Made by a program: the position numbers and the translations under genes
Shown: positions 36,990 through 47,510 of the stretch, one piece after another
How positions within the stretch are numbered: the stretch's first letter is position 1
Layout of the letters: every line of letters starts with the position of its first letter
Assembly: GCA_016214895.1 (NCBI GenBank)
Contig: JACRMR010000013.1
Location: forward strand, 2,971 to 66,970
Length of the DNA: 64,000 bases
DNA from: Candidatus Zhuqueibacterota bacterium
GTDB lineage: Bacteria > Electryoneota > RPQS01
Direction: 5' to 3'
Notes under the pieces: generated by a model
The model's database searches: none
The model's input: the letters and a program-made list of their open reading frames with translations, nothing else
Told to the model about the DNA's origin: nothing

Positions 36990-38382
36990 CTCGCAACATC
37001 GCGAGGCCTGGCGGCGGTTTCGATTGCCGACGGAGGATTGGCAGATTCTGAACAGCCACCTCCGTTCGCGATCAGCGAATCCGACGCTGCCACGGCTGCC
37101 CTATCCGTTGGAAGGGTACGTCAGCGCCGCGCCGGGTCCGCACGAATTCGCTTGCGTCGCTGAACCCGCGATCATGTCTCCCGGACCGTTTCGCGAAGCG
37201 GCGTTGCAACATTCGATTGCACTCACGACGCAACGCGATGCGGTGGACTCCTGCCGGGCGTGGTTTGGCTTGAGTGTCGAGTCGGCGCCGATGGACGCCG
37301 CGGACAACGCCTGGGCGCAACTCGCGCTGATCGACGCGGCCGAACGGACGGCGCTGACCGAGCTGGAAGCGAGGGTGATGCGTGCGGTCAGACTCGCCGA
37401 TGTGATGGACCTCGAAGGCGAGCCGCTGTTCCTATCGCTGAGCAAAATGGTTCAGCATCTATTCGCCCCGACCTATCTGGAGATTCAGCCGGACCTCTCG
37501 TCCGATTTCTGGTCGGAGCGCGACGGGGAGTGGGTCTGGCATGAGCCGAAAGATCTGCCGCAGGAGGCGGCAACCGAGCTCGTGCCACGACACAAATTGG
37601 CGCTCTATCGCCGCAATCGGATCTCGCTCATCGATGAGTGTGCGACCGCGGCGGAGTTTACGCGAGGAAAAGAGCTGCACGACCGGGGATACGTGTTCGC
37701 CGTGTTGGTGCCGCTGGTGCGCAACGACCGCCGCCTCGGTGTGCTCAAGCTGCTGTATGCCTCGCCGCTTACCATTTTACCGGTCGAACTCGATGCGCTG
37801 GAACTGTTCCGCGCCGAATTTTCAACCGTCTTCGACTGCTGCAGCAAGTTCTCGCGCACACAGCGACTCGCCACGATCGACGGGTTGACGCAGTTGTTTA
37901 ATCATCGCTTTTTGCGGGAACAACTGCGCACGGAATTCCAGCGCGCGAAGCGCTACAAGAAGATGATGACGTTCGTCATGATTGATATCGACGACTTCAA
38001 GACCTACAACGATACTTATGGCCATCTGGCCGGAGACCGGGTGTTGGCCGAGGTGGCGGCGACGATCCGCTCGTCCGTGCGCGACATTGACTTTGTGGCC
38101 CGCTACGGCGGCGAGGAGTTCGCGCTGATTCTGCCCGAGATCACTGCGGAGAACGGATTGATTGTGGCCGACAAAATTCGCAAGGCGATCGAAGCCCGTT
38201 CGCTGGTGACTGAGGAAGGCGAGTCGATGGGTGCAATCACGGTGTCGTGCGGAGTCACCGACAACCGCGATGCGGCGGCTCCGGAAGATCTCATCTCCGG
38301 CGCCGATCGCGCGCTCTACTGGGTGAAGCGACACGGAAGAAACCTGGTCAAGTTAGCAAATGTCGAATCGCAAGCGATCTGA
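36961..38382 (+). CDS. Diguanylate cyclase (GAF-like plus GGDEF)
   Basis: DGLTQLFN, DIDDFK.YNDTYGHLAGD, I-site RDID, RYGGEEF, AD.ALY..K..GRN; GAF-like segment VLVPL...LGVL upstream. Confidence 0.92.
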   Translation: MDSIYSLIHSSQHREAWRRFRLPTEDWQILNSHLRSRSANPTLPRLPYPLEGYVSAAPGPHEFACVAEPAIMSPGPFREAALQHSIALTTQRDAVDSCRAWFGLSVESAPMDAADNAWAQLALIDAAERTALTELEARVMRAVRLADVMDLEGEPLFLSLSKMVQHLFAPTYLEIQPDLSSDFWSERDGEWVWHEPKDLPQEAATELVPRHKLALYRRNRISLIDECATAAEFTRGKELHDRGYVFAVLVPLVRNDRRLGVLKLLYASPLTILPVELDALELFRAEFSTVFDCCSKFSRTQRLATIDGLTQLFNHRFLREQLRTEFQRAKRYKKMMTFVMIDIDDFKTYNDTYGHLAGDRVLAEVAATIRSSVRDIDFVARYGGEEFALILPEITAENGLIVADKIRKAIEARSLVTEEGESMGAITVSCGVTDNRDAAAPEDLISGADRALYWVKRHGRNLVKLANVESQAI

Positions 38383-39868
38383 GTTTCCGCGAGTCCTGTT
38401 TGTTACGTCGGAGGTCACGCCGTTCAGCAAAACCGGCGGCCTGGCCGATATCAGCGGCGCGCTGCCGAAGGCGCTGAGTCGATTGGGCTGCGACGTGCGG
38501 GTGTTGTCCCCCTTGTACGGCTGCGTGGACGGGGAGCGACACGCACTGGCGGTATCGGCAAACGGCGCTCAACCTTCTCTGACTATTAACGGCCGGGCGC
38601 TGCACGCCGAATTTGCACGCGCGCCCCGCCGTGACTCTGAACCGGATTTCTGCTTCCTGCGCTGTGACGCGCTGTACGACCGGCCGGGGATTTACGTCGA
38701 TCCCTTCAGTAATCAGGACTACGTGGACAACGACTACCGGTTTATCGCACTCGCCAAGTGTGCATTCGACCTGTGTCGGAGCGATCACTGGACGCCGGAT
38801 GTCCTGCAGTGCAATGACTGGCAGGCCGGTCTGGTTCCGCTCTACCTGTCGCAGCGGCGGCGGCGCGGAGAATTCGCGGAGAGTCGTGCGGTGATGACGG
38901 TTCATAACATGGCCTATCACGGTTGGTTCAAGGCGGATACTGTCGCTCGCATCGGCGACGCGGAAGCGTTGTATTTTCCGGGCGGACCGATCGAATTCTA
39001 CGGGATGGTCAATTTCCTGAAAGCCGGGCTCGAATTTGCCGACGGGCTGAGCACTGTCAGTCCCACTTACGCGCACGAGATCCAGAGCAGCTATGATTTC
39101 GGCTTCGGACTGGAAACCGTATTGCGGGGGTCGCCGCGACCGCTGCAAGGAATTCTCAACGGGATCGACACCGAGGTCTGGAATCCGGAGACTGATCCGC
39201 GCATCGCCGCCAACTTTGGCATCGGTACGCTGCCCTGGAAAGTGGAGAACAAGCGCGCATTGTGCGCCAAGGCCGGGTTTGAATTCAACGCCGGCGTCCC
39301 GGTATTCGCGGTGATTTCACGGATTGTGGGCCAGAAGGGTTTCGAGATTCTCGCGCCGCTCATCACGGAAATTCTGAGCTTGCCGGCGCAGTTCGTGATC
39401 CTCGGCAGCGGCGACCCGTACTACGAGCACATGTTCCACGAACTGGCGCGCGTGTATCCCGACCGATTCGCGGTGAAGCTGGCCTACGACGAAGATCTGG
39501 CGCACTTGATCGAGGCCGGTTCGGACATGTTCCTCATGCCGTCCAAATTCGAACCGTGCGGACTGAATCAAATGATGAGCATGCGTTATGGCACGATTCC
39601 GATTGTGCGGGTCACCGGGGGACTTGCCGATACCGTGATCGACGCCGACACGGATTTGTTGCACGGAACCGGTTTCCGTTTCTATGACTATACGAGCGGC
39701 GAGCTGATGCACGCGGTCGAACGCGCGGTTTCCGCCTATCAAGATGCCGACCGCTGGCGGAGGATCCAGCGTAACGCGATGAGTCAGGATTTCTCGTGGG
39801 ATCGGTCGGCAAGGCAGTATCTTCAACTGTATCAGGAATGCCTCTCTCAACCGCCGCGCGTGGCCTGA
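38360..39868 (+). CDS. glgA: Glycogen synthase (GT5)
   Basis: SE..PFSKTGGLAD, NDWQ, HNMAYHG, TVSPTYA.EI, ILNGID, QKG, MPSKFEPCGLNQM, TGGLADTV. Confidence 0.95.
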   Translation: MSNRKRSEFPRVLFVTSEVTPFSKTGGLADISGALPKALSRLGCDVRVLSPLYGCVDGERHALAVSANGAQPSLTINGRALHAEFARAPRRDSEPDFCFLRCDALYDRPGIYVDPFSNQDYVDNDYRFIALAKCAFDLCRSDHWTPDVLQCNDWQAGLVPLYLSQRRRRGEFAESRAVMTVHNMAYHGWFKADTVARIGDAEALYFPGGPIEFYGMVNFLKAGLEFADGLSTVSPTYAHEIQSSYDFGFGLETVLRGSPRPLQGILNGIDTEVWNPETDPRIAANFGIGTLPWKVENKRALCAKAGFEFNAGVPVFAVISRIVGQKGFEILAPLITEILSLPAQFVILGSGDPYYEHMFHELARVYPDRFAVKLAYDEDLAHLIEAGSDMFLMPSKFEPCGLNQMMSMRYGTIPIVRVTGGLADTVIDADTDLLHGTGFRFYDYTSGELMHAVERAVSAYQDADRWRRIQRNAMSQDFSWDRSARQYLQLYQECLSQPPRVA

Positions 39869-40728
39869 GGGTCGCGCTCGGCCTGCTGGCGCTGCTGGGG
39901 AGCTGCGTAAGTTCCGACGCGCGAGACTGGAAGGTCATCCTGCCGAGTGAGTCGGTGACGCTCCGGGATCCGCGAGCGTTGTCAATCGGTCCGGACGATT
40001 TGCTCTATGTCGCCGATGCCGGCAATCAGCGTGTCGTCGCCGTAGATACGAGCGGGACGCTGATCGCGGAAGCCGGTGGGTTCGGGAATGGCAACGGGCA
40101 GTTCCAAAGTCCGGAGGACGTCGCGGCGGAGTGGGGTACCAGTGTCTGGGTATTGGACTATGGAAATCGCCGCATTCAGCGATTCTCCCGCTCGCTGAGC
40201 TGGCAGGCAACGTACGAAGTCCTGATCGATGACACCCAGGACCGACGCAGCCCCGCGGCGATTGCACTGGCGCCCGACGGCGACCTTATCGTCTATGACC
40301 GCGACGGTCAGACTTTGCTGCGCTACGATCCGGGGTTCTTTCCACGGGCCAGCTTCGACGGCGCTCGCGGTTATGTTGGCGAAGTTGCCTCGATGGCGTT
40401 TGTTCGCGGACACGGCCTGTGCTGGATCGAGCGCGGCGGCCATACGCTGTATCGTTGCGATGCCATGCTGAATCCTCTGCCGTCAATTGAACTGCCGCCC
40501 GAATACGGTGAGACCACACTGGCCGCCGCGGATAGTTCACTACTGACCGGCGCCCGCGGGTTTGTGATCCGGTGGCAAAGCAGCGCGCGACCCGCTGATA
40601 CGCTCTTTGATGCGCGGACAGTGATCGGCAAGGAAATTCGCACAATCACCAGCTTGGCGATGGCGTCGAGCGGGACCTTGTACCTGCTGGACCGGACCAC
40701 GGGAAGAGTTGTTCGCGTATCGCCCTGA
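39838..40728 (+). CDS. NHL-repeat beta-propeller lipoprotein
   Basis: Signal peptide with lipobox LLGSC; NHL repeats LYVADAGNQRV, GQFQSPEDVA, VWVLDYGNRRIQRF; start uncertain. Confidence 0.75.
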   Translation: MPLSTAARGLRVALGLLALLGSCVSSDARDWKVILPSESVTLRDPRALSIGPDDLLYVADAGNQRVVAVDTSGTLIAEAGGFGNGNGQFQSPEDVAAEWGTSVWVLDYGNRRIQRFSRSLSWQATYEVLIDDTQDRRSPAAIALAPDGDLIVYDRDGQTLLRYDPGFFPRASFDGARGYVGEVASMAFVRGHGLCWIERGGHTLYRCDAMLNPLPSIELPPEYGETTLAAADSSLLTGARGFVIRWQSSARPADTLFDARTVIGKEIRTITSLAMASSGTLYLLDRTTGRVVRVSP

Positions 40729-40777
40729 TTCCTCCGGAGTGAGACACCCGGCATCAAGCCTTGGCATCGGCTGTGCG

Positions 40778-43700
40778 ATGGCGCTGCTGTTGATTGCACT
40801 GAACGCGCCGACCGCCTGCGCGATTCCGTCGCGAATCGGACAGGCGAGATTCGTGTCCACGGGTGCTACCGACACGTTGCTCACGCTCAGCGTGCCATGG
40901 ATTGAGATCGATTCCATTCAAGTCACGGCCCGCGGCCAGACGCTTTCCGAGTTTGAACGCTGGCGGCTGATTGAACCCGGCAACCGCATCTGGCTCTTCC
41001 GCCCCTTACCCCAAGGCGACACCCTTTCCGTTCGCTTCATCTATCGTTCGATCCCGCTCTATCGTCTCTACAGCCGACATGTCCTCAGCGAACTCGCCGT
41101 ATCTCATTCCCGCATCGGAGTAGCGGATAGCCTGCGGATCCTTCCCGGTTCGCGTTCGGGTCTTTCCGAAACGTCGGGATGGAGTCGCCTGAACAAGTCC
41201 GGTTCGCTGATCCGCAGTGTGCAGGTAGGCAGCGGCCAGGACCTCGCACTCGAGTCAGCCCTCAATCTCACGGTGCAGGGACGAGTCGGAAAAAACATCG
41301 ATGTCGTCGCGGCGCTTACAGACCAGTCCACACCAATCCAGCCGGATGGCACCACCGAAGCCCTGAACGAACTGGAGAAAGTCTTCGTCACCGTCAAGAG
41401 CCCGCGCATGAGCGCGACGGTAGGCGACTTCAACCTGGATCTGACCGGCGGCGACTACGACGACTATCATCGCAAGCTCACGGGGCTTAGCGCCGCGTAT
41501 CATGACTCGGTGGCAGTGGTTGCCGTAAGCGCGGCGACAAGCAAAGGACAGTTCTTTTCCAATTCAATCGCGGGTCAGGAAGCCAATCAAGGTCCGTACC
41601 CTTTGCGAGACAAGAACGGCAGCAGCGGAATTCTGGTCCTGGCCGGAACTGAGCATGTCTGGCTCGACGGCGAACCGATGCGACGCGGCGAAGGCAACGA
41701 TTATGTCATCGATTACAGCAGCGGCGAGATCAAGTTCACGGCCAAGCGAGTCATTACGTCGGCAAGCCGGATGGTAATCGACTTTGAGTACTCGAACGAG
41801 GACTTTGAACGCTCGTTCGTCAATCACCGTACAGGGGTTAGTGTCAAGCGCGGAGTGCTCACCACGGCGATCACGCTGATCAACGAAAGCGACAGCCGCG
41901 ATCGACCGGTCGGAACGTCGTTTACCGACGCGGACCGCGACGCACTACGGCTGGCCGGTGATCGCGCGGATGCGGCGGTCGTGTTCGCCGCGGATTCGCT
42001 GGGACCCGGTCGCGGTGACTATGTGCGCATCGACACCGCGGCCAACGCGGAATCCTATTCCATTTTTCGCTACTCAGAGCGCGATACCGCCGGCGCGCTG
42101 ACCGGACAATGGCAAGTCTATTTCGACGAGTTCGCCGTCGGCGCGGGCGACTATGAGGCCACGGCGGACTCGCGAGGGCTGACCTACTTCTACTGGGTCG
42201 GACCCGGCAACGGTCGATACCGGCCGTATCGGCGACTGCCGTTGCCGCGTCGATACGACTTCGGCGACCTGCGCGTGTCCACCCGACCCCTGGCGGGCCT
42301 CGACCTGTCGTTCGAGGGCGCGTTAAGCCGCAATGATCTGAATACGTTTTCAAGCAGCGACGATGAAGACAACGGCGGCACGGCGTTCTCGGTGAGCGGG
42401 GAGTATTCCCGGCAACGTCCGTCCATTCTGGGAGTTCGTCCGCGCAGCCTGTCCGTGCTCACCCGCATGCGCGGACGGAACGAGGACTTCGTCGAGATCA
42501 ACCGCGCACTGGAAACGGAGTTCGAACGCGAGTGGGACGCCAATCGCAACCAGGGAACACAGGAGTTGATCCGCGAGGCGGAACTCCGGTTGATGCCGAT
42601 CCATGCGGTGAGTTTCGCCGCCAGCTATGGTGATCTGCTTCGCCCGGATGTGCAGACTTCAGCGCGCCGGAAATTGAGCGCCGGCTGGACGATTGCCAAC
42701 GGGTGGCGGACATCGGCGAGTCACCTCGACATCCGCGCCGACGACTCGACGAACTCGCGGCAAAGCGATTGGATTCGGCAACGCGCTGCGATGGACGGGG
42801 CGATATCGAGATTCGCGCCGCGCGTTTCCGTCGATCGCGAGCGCAAGCGCGACGAACGTCGCAGCGGTTTGAGCGGTTTTCGGTTTGTTGACTACGCAAT
42901 CGGGTCGGCAGTGGATCTGGGATATCGGCTGAACGCCGACGCGCAGTTCTCGCGTCGGAACGACGAGGAGCTGACACCGGCGGACCGGTTTGAGAAGTCG
43001 TCCCGGGCCGATGATATGAGCGGCCTGCTGTCATGGCAGCCGCCGGAACTTGGCAGCGGCTCGCTGCGTTATACTCACCGCGAGAAGAGTTTTCCGGGTC
43101 TGGATTCCGCCGACATCGTGACAGACGTGGGACGCCTCGAAACGGTATTCGCGCCGCGGCGCAGGGTCGTGGAAGGAAACCTGATCTACGAGGCGGCGAA
43201 AACTCAGTCAGCGGATCAGATTCTGGTGGCGATTCAGGTTCCCGCCGGAACAGGAAGTTACCGGAAAGAGGGCGACAAATACGTTCCCGATGATCAAGGT
43301 GACTACATCCTCGTTCCGCGAAACACCGGTTCCTATCAGCCGGCCACGGATCTAAACCTTTCGGCGCAAGCTTCAATTCGCGCCGATGAGCTGGGACCCG
43401 CAGCGGCCGCCTGGATCCGGGCGCTGTCGAGTGAGACTGAACTGACGATCGAGGAACGCACACGGCTGCCATTGTCGGCGCGGATGGTGCTCTTGGATCC
43501 AACGCGCTTTCGCGGAGACTCCACGCTCTATGGCACGTTCTCGCTGCGCGAGGACTTACACGTCCTGCGCTTGAGCCGCAAGCGTTCGTTTCGCCTGCGC
43601 TACCGGCATGCGGAGTCGCTGCAGAATCAGTATTTGAACGGCGGTCAACGCCGGTCGCTCCGGGAAGCGGCCCTGCGCACGCGGATGCTGTACACGGAGA

Positions 43701-44167
43701 TCCTGCGCGGTGAGACCGAAATCGGTACTTCGACCGAGACGATCGGCTACGACAATGGAGTCCTGCCGGACCGGGACATCGCCCGGTTCGAACTGACTCA
43801 GAACAACTCGCTCAGCCTGACGCGGTTGTGGGAACTGGGATTGGATTTCGGCGCGCAGGAGATCCGCGACGAACAAACATCGACGCAGGCCAGTTTGCGG
43901 GACGTCAAGCCGCGCGCGACCCTGACCATGGCCGGTCGCGGCAGACTGGATGCCGAGTTCGCCTGGTCTCACGCCACTGCCAATCGCGAGAGCATTCCGT
44001 TTGAGCTCGCGCGCGGCGCCAACCGCGGCGAAAATTTTCGCTGGTCGGTCAGAGGCACGTACGCCTTCGGCCAGAACTTTTCCGCTTCGATCTCCTACAC
44101 CGGAAGGCGTGACGCGGGGGAGAGAGTAATCCATACGGGGCGTGTGGAGGCGCGGGCGTCGCTATGA
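40778..44167 (+). CDS. Large uncharacterised outer-membrane protein (about 1130 aa)
   Basis: Hydrophobic N-terminal signal; extensive amphipathic beta-strand pattern; ends GRVEARASL; overlaps the next gene (ATGA). The ORF opens at 40709; start placed at ATG 40778. Confidence 0.75.
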   Translation: MALLLIALNAPTACAIPSRIGQARFVSTGATDTLLTLSVPWIEIDSIQVTARGQTLSEFERWRLIEPGNRIWLFRPLPQGDTLSVRFIYRSIPLYRLYSRHVLSELAVSHSRIGVADSLRILPGSRSGLSETSGWSRLNKSGSLIRSVQVGSGQDLALESALNLTVQGRVGKNIDVVAALTDQSTPIQPDGTTEALNELEKVFVTVKSPRMSATVGDFNLDLTGGDYDDYHRKLTGLSAAYHDSVAVVAVSAATSKGQFFSNSIAGQEANQGPYPLRDKNGSSGILVLAGTEHVWLDGEPMRRGEGNDYVIDYSSGEIKFTAKRVITSASRMVIDFEYSNEDFERSFVNHRTGVSVKRGVLTTAITLINESDSRDRPVGTSFTDADRDALRLAGDRADAAVVFAADSLGPGRGDYVRIDTAANAESYSIFRYSERDTAGALTGQWQVYFDEFAVGAGDYEATADSRGLTYFYWVGPGNGRYRPYRRLPLPRRYDFGDLRVSTRPLAGLDLSFEGALSRNDLNTFSSSDDEDNGGTAFSVSGEYSRQRPSILGVRPRSLSVLTRMRGRNEDFVEINRALETEFEREWDANRNQGTQELIREAELRLMPIHAVSFAASYGDLLRPDVQTSARRKLSAGWTIANGWRTSASHLDIRADDSTNSRQSDWIRQRAAMDGAISRFAPRVSVDRERKRDERRSGLSGFRFVDYAIGSAVDLGYRLNADAQFSRRNDEELTPADRFEKSSRADDMSGLLSWQPPELGSGSLRYTHREKSFPGLDSADIVTDVGRLETVFAPRRRVVEGNLIYEAAKTQSADQILVAIQVPAGTGSYRKEGDKYVPDDQGDYILVPRNTGSYQPATDLNLSAQASIRADELGPAAAAWIRALSSETELTIEERTRLPLSARMVLLDPTRFRGDSTLYGTFSLREDLHVLRLSRKRSFRLRYRHAESLQNQYLNGGQRRSLREAALRTRMLYTEILRGETEIGTSTETIGYDNGVLPDRDIARFELTQNNSLSLTRLWELGLDFGAQEIRDEQTSTQASLRDVKPRATLTMAGRGRLDAEFAWSHATANRESIPFELARGANRGENFRWSVRGTYAFGQNFSASISYTGRRDAGERVIHTGRVEARASL

Positions 44168-45903
44168 GAATGAGCATAATTCTGCTTTGCCTCCTGCGAT
44201 GTGTCGTCGATTCAAGCGCCGAGACGGCAGCCGTCGAGCGAATTCGGTGCTCCGGAAACCGGGTCTTTTCCGATGCCGAGTTGGTGCGAATGCTCGGCGT
44301 CGAGCGCGGACAGCAGCTTGACGCCGTTGCGATGGAAGCCGCGGGCAGCCGGCTGGTCGATTCGCTGATTGCCCGCGACCTGCTGTTTGCGCGAACCGAC
44401 AGCATCCGCGGCGAGCGCGGCAAGCGCGGCACGGTGTTAACGGTCTTTGTTACGGAAGGGTCCACGGCGGTTGTCGATGAACTGCATTGGGCGGGCGATT
44501 CCGGACGAGTAGCTGACGCGAATGCCGACCTGTTGCTGACGCGTGGCGCGTCGTTTCAATGGAGTCGTCTGCGTGCCGACTTGAATCGGCTCCTCGACCA
44601 GTTCACCTCCGCGGGCTATCCGTATGCGCGTGTCGAATTGGAACGCGTGGACGCGGACTCCACCGATCACACCGTTGATCTCTATCTGAAGCTCACCAGC
44701 GGACCGTTCACCGAGATCGAATTCGTCGAGTTCAGCGGATTGCGCGGGACCAGCGAGGCCTTCTTGAGGCGGTACCTGAGATTTCGGGTACCGGTTCCCT
44801 ACAGCGATGCCGCGGTCGCGCGGGGAAAGCGAAGACTGGCACGACTGGATTTTCTGCGGTCAGTCGGAGATCCGCGAATCGTCGTACGAGAGGATGGGAG
44901 CAGCGGTGTGCAGTTCCCGGTCGAAGAGGCACGCGCCACACGACTTGATGCCGTGGCCGGATATCTGCCCGGCGAGCAGGGTAAGAACGGGACGGTCAGC
45001 GGACTTGTCAACCTCGATTTCATCAATCTGCTCGGAAGCGGACGCAAGGGCCATGTGCACTGGGCGCGGCCCGATTCACGAACGCAGAGCGTCGAGATCG
45101 CCTATCGCGAACCGTGGGTGTTGAATTCGCCGCTCAGTCTGGCGGGCGATTTTTCGCAGCGGATCGATGATACGAGCTATGTCACGCGCAAGATGGGCGT
45201 GGTGGCGGACGCCGAGCTGGGATCGAATGTCGTCGTCACCGGAGCGGTTCGCTTCGAGGCTGTGTTGGTGGATTCGGCATCGGCGGTCCGTCTGGGGTTG
45301 GCGAACAGCAGTACCGTGGTGTTCGAAACCGGGCTGGCGATTGACACGCGCGATTTCCCGCCAAATCCACGGCGTGGATTCCGGTTCGCGACGACCGTGG
45401 GCAGCGGCACAAAGCGCCGCGAACGGCTGAATGACTCGTTGGATGCCGGCCGGTTCGGGGTGCGGCGCGTGAGTGCCGATGCCGAAGCCGTCGCCGAGCC
45501 GCTCCCCTACTGGGTAGCCAGTCTCGCCTTGCACGCGCGCGGGACGGAGAGTGATGAACCGGAAATCCCGGTTTCGGACATGTATCGACTGGGCGGAGCG
45601 CGAACCCTGCGCGGCTATCGCGAGGAGCAGTTTCAGGGTTCGCGGCTGGGCTGGGCGTCCGCCGAGTTGAGGTACTTGCTCGGCGAGGCATCGCGACTCT
45701 ATCTCTTCGCGGATGCCGGTGCGATCTACCGCGAAGTGCGGACGGCCAGCGGTCCAGCATCGTCGTCCCTGTTTCGGCCGGCGACCGGAGTCGGTCTGCG
45801 ACTCGAATCGACGCTGGGCACCTGGGGCTTCGATTACGGCGTCGGTCAGGACGACCGCGTGCTGAACGGCAAAGTACATTTTTCATTGTTCACAAGTTTC
45901 TGA
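44164..45903 (+). CDS. Omp85 family (BamA/TamA-like) outer-membrane protein with POTRA domains
   Basis: POTRA-like SGNRVFSDAEL and GYPYARV; NLLGSGR; LGGARTLRGYRE loop-6 motif; GVGLR; C-terminal Phe. Confidence 0.88.
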   Translation: MRMSIILLCLLRCVVDSSAETAAVERIRCSGNRVFSDAELVRMLGVERGQQLDAVAMEAAGSRLVDSLIARDLLFARTDSIRGERGKRGTVLTVFVTEGSTAVVDELHWAGDSGRVADANADLLLTRGASFQWSRLRADLNRLLDQFTSAGYPYARVELERVDADSTDHTVDLYLKLTSGPFTEIEFVEFSGLRGTSEAFLRRYLRFRVPVPYSDAAVARGKRRLARLDFLRSVGDPRIVVREDGSSGVQFPVEEARATRLDAVAGYLPGEQGKNGTVSGLVNLDFINLLGSGRKGHVHWARPDSRTQSVEIAYREPWVLNSPLSLAGDFSQRIDDTSYVTRKMGVVADAELGSNVVVTGAVRFEAVLVDSASAVRLGLANSSTVVFETGLAIDTRDFPPNPRRGFRFATTVGSGTKRRERLNDSLDAGRFGVRRVSADAEAVAEPLPYWVASLALHARGTESDEPEIPVSDMYRLGGARTLRGYREEQFQGSRLGWASAELRYLLGEASRLYLFADAGAIYREVRTASGPASSSLFRPATGVGLRLESTLGTWGFDYGVGQDDRVLNGKVHFSLFTSF

Positions 45904-45962
45904 GCGTGCGCCGCGGGGCGGATGCGCGCCACTCACTGTCACAACGTTTACCACTTCTTCCC

Positions 45963-47510
45963 TTGAAAAAAGAACTCATCATTAACTCCACGACAACCGA
46001 GTCGCGGCTCGCGCTGACGGAGGATGGCGTACTCGCCAACCTTTTTGTGGAGCGTCCGGAGCACGAACGCAACGTCGGCGACATTTACAAAGGCATCGTG
46101 CACCGCGTCATGCCCGGCATGCAGGCGGCGTTCATCGATATCGGCTGGGAAATCGACGGCTTTATTCACTTCTCGGACCTATTCCAATCCGCCGTCGATA
46201 TGGCGGAAGGCATGGAAATGGAAGATGTCTCGTTGCCCGAGAAGCGCCAGGGATTCCGGCGGGCCTACAAGCCCCGCGCCGAACTGAAGGCCGGACAGGA
46301 ATTGCTGGTGCAGATCATCAAGGAGCCGATCAGCAAGAAGGGACCCCGGTTGACGTCGCAAGTCTCGCTGCCCGGACGATTCCTGGTACTGGTGCCCGGG
46401 GATAATCTGGTCGGCGTCTCAAAACGAATCCCCGACTTCAAGGAGCGCAAGCGCCTCAAGCAGATCATCAAATCCCTGCAACCCGAAGGTTTCGGCCTGA
46501 TCTGTCGCACGGTTGGCGAAGGCAAGAGCGATGACGAAGTCAAGCGCGATCTGCGTACGCTGATGCGACTCTGGCAGATGATCCAGAAACGGATCGAGTC
46601 AACGCCCGCGCCGGTTCGCGTCCACAAGGAAGCACCGATCACATCCAGCATCATCCGCGACCTGTTTTCACCCGAGACGACGCGCGTGATCGTCGATAGC
46701 CGCAAGCTCTACCGCGAGATTAGAGCCTACGTGCGTTCCGTGGCGCCGCAACAGCTTGATTCGATCCAGTATTTCGACGGCGAAGAGCCGATCTTCGACG
46801 CGTTCAAGATTGAGTCCGAGATTGATAAGAGCCTGTCGCGGCGTGTGTGGTTCGGCGGCGGCAGTTATTTGATCATCGAGCAAACGGAAGCCGTGGTCAC
46901 GATCGACGTGAACTCCGGACGCTTCGTCGGCAAGGAACACCACGACGAAAACAATCTGCGCGTCAATCTGAGAGCTGTGCAGGAAATCGCGCGGCAGCTC
47001 AGACTGCGCGATCTGGGCGGAATCATCATCATCGATTTCATCGACATGATCGATGAACGAAATCGCAAGAAGCTCTTCGAGGCCATGCGCCAGGCGTTGA
47101 AAGATGATCGGGCGAAGTGGGACCTGGCGCCGATCAGTCAGTTCGGGATCATGGAGATGACGAGGCAGCGGACCAAGGACTCGCTCCTGCATACCTTCAA
47201 CGAGACTTGCCCGACCTGCGGAGGCTCCGGGATGGTCGTTGTCAAGGAGTCTGTCGTCACCCAGTTGCAATCCTGGATTCGGAGGTTCCGGGCACGGTCC
47301 GGTGAAATGGGACTAACTGTGAAGGCACATCCTGAAATCGTTGATTTTGTGACAAAAGGAGACAAATCTCATCTTCGTCAGATCATGTGGGATTCGATGC
47401 TCTACATCAAGCTGGAGCCGGAGCCGAGCCTAAGGTTAGATGAATTCAAGTGTTACAGCTGGAAACAGAAGCGAGAAGTCACCGATGACTTCCGCTCCGT
47501 GCCCGCTTGA
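45963..47510 (+). CDS. Rne/Rng family ribonuclease (RNase G/E catalytic domain)
   Basis: GDIYKG.V..V.PGMQAAFIDIG, KEPI..KGPRLT, IDVNSG, QLRLRDLGGIIIIDFIDM, EMTRQR, CPTC.G.G; TTG 45963 (MKKELIIN) preferred as start. Confidence 0.95.
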   Translation: MKKELIINSTTTESRLALTEDGVLANLFVERPEHERNVGDIYKGIVHRVMPGMQAAFIDIGWEIDGFIHFSDLFQSAVDMAEGMEMEDVSLPEKRQGFRRAYKPRAELKAGQELLVQIIKEPISKKGPRLTSQVSLPGRFLVLVPGDNLVGVSKRIPDFKERKRLKQIIKSLQPEGFGLICRTVGEGKSDDEVKRDLRTLMRLWQMIQKRIESTPAPVRVHKEAPITSSIIRDLFSPETTRVIVDSRKLYREIRAYVRSVAPQQLDSIQYFDGEEPIFDAFKIESEIDKSLSRRVWFGGGSYLIIEQTEAVVTIDVNSGRFVGKEHHDENNLRVNLRAVQEIARQLRLRDLGGIIIIDFIDMIDERNRKKLFEAMRQALKDDRAKWDLAPISQFGIMEMTRQRTKDSLLHTFNETCPTCGGSGMVVVKESVVTQLQSWIRRFRARSGEMGLTVKAHPEIVDFVTKGDKSHLRQIMWDSMLYIKLEPEPSLRLDEFKCYSWKQKREVTDDFRSVPA

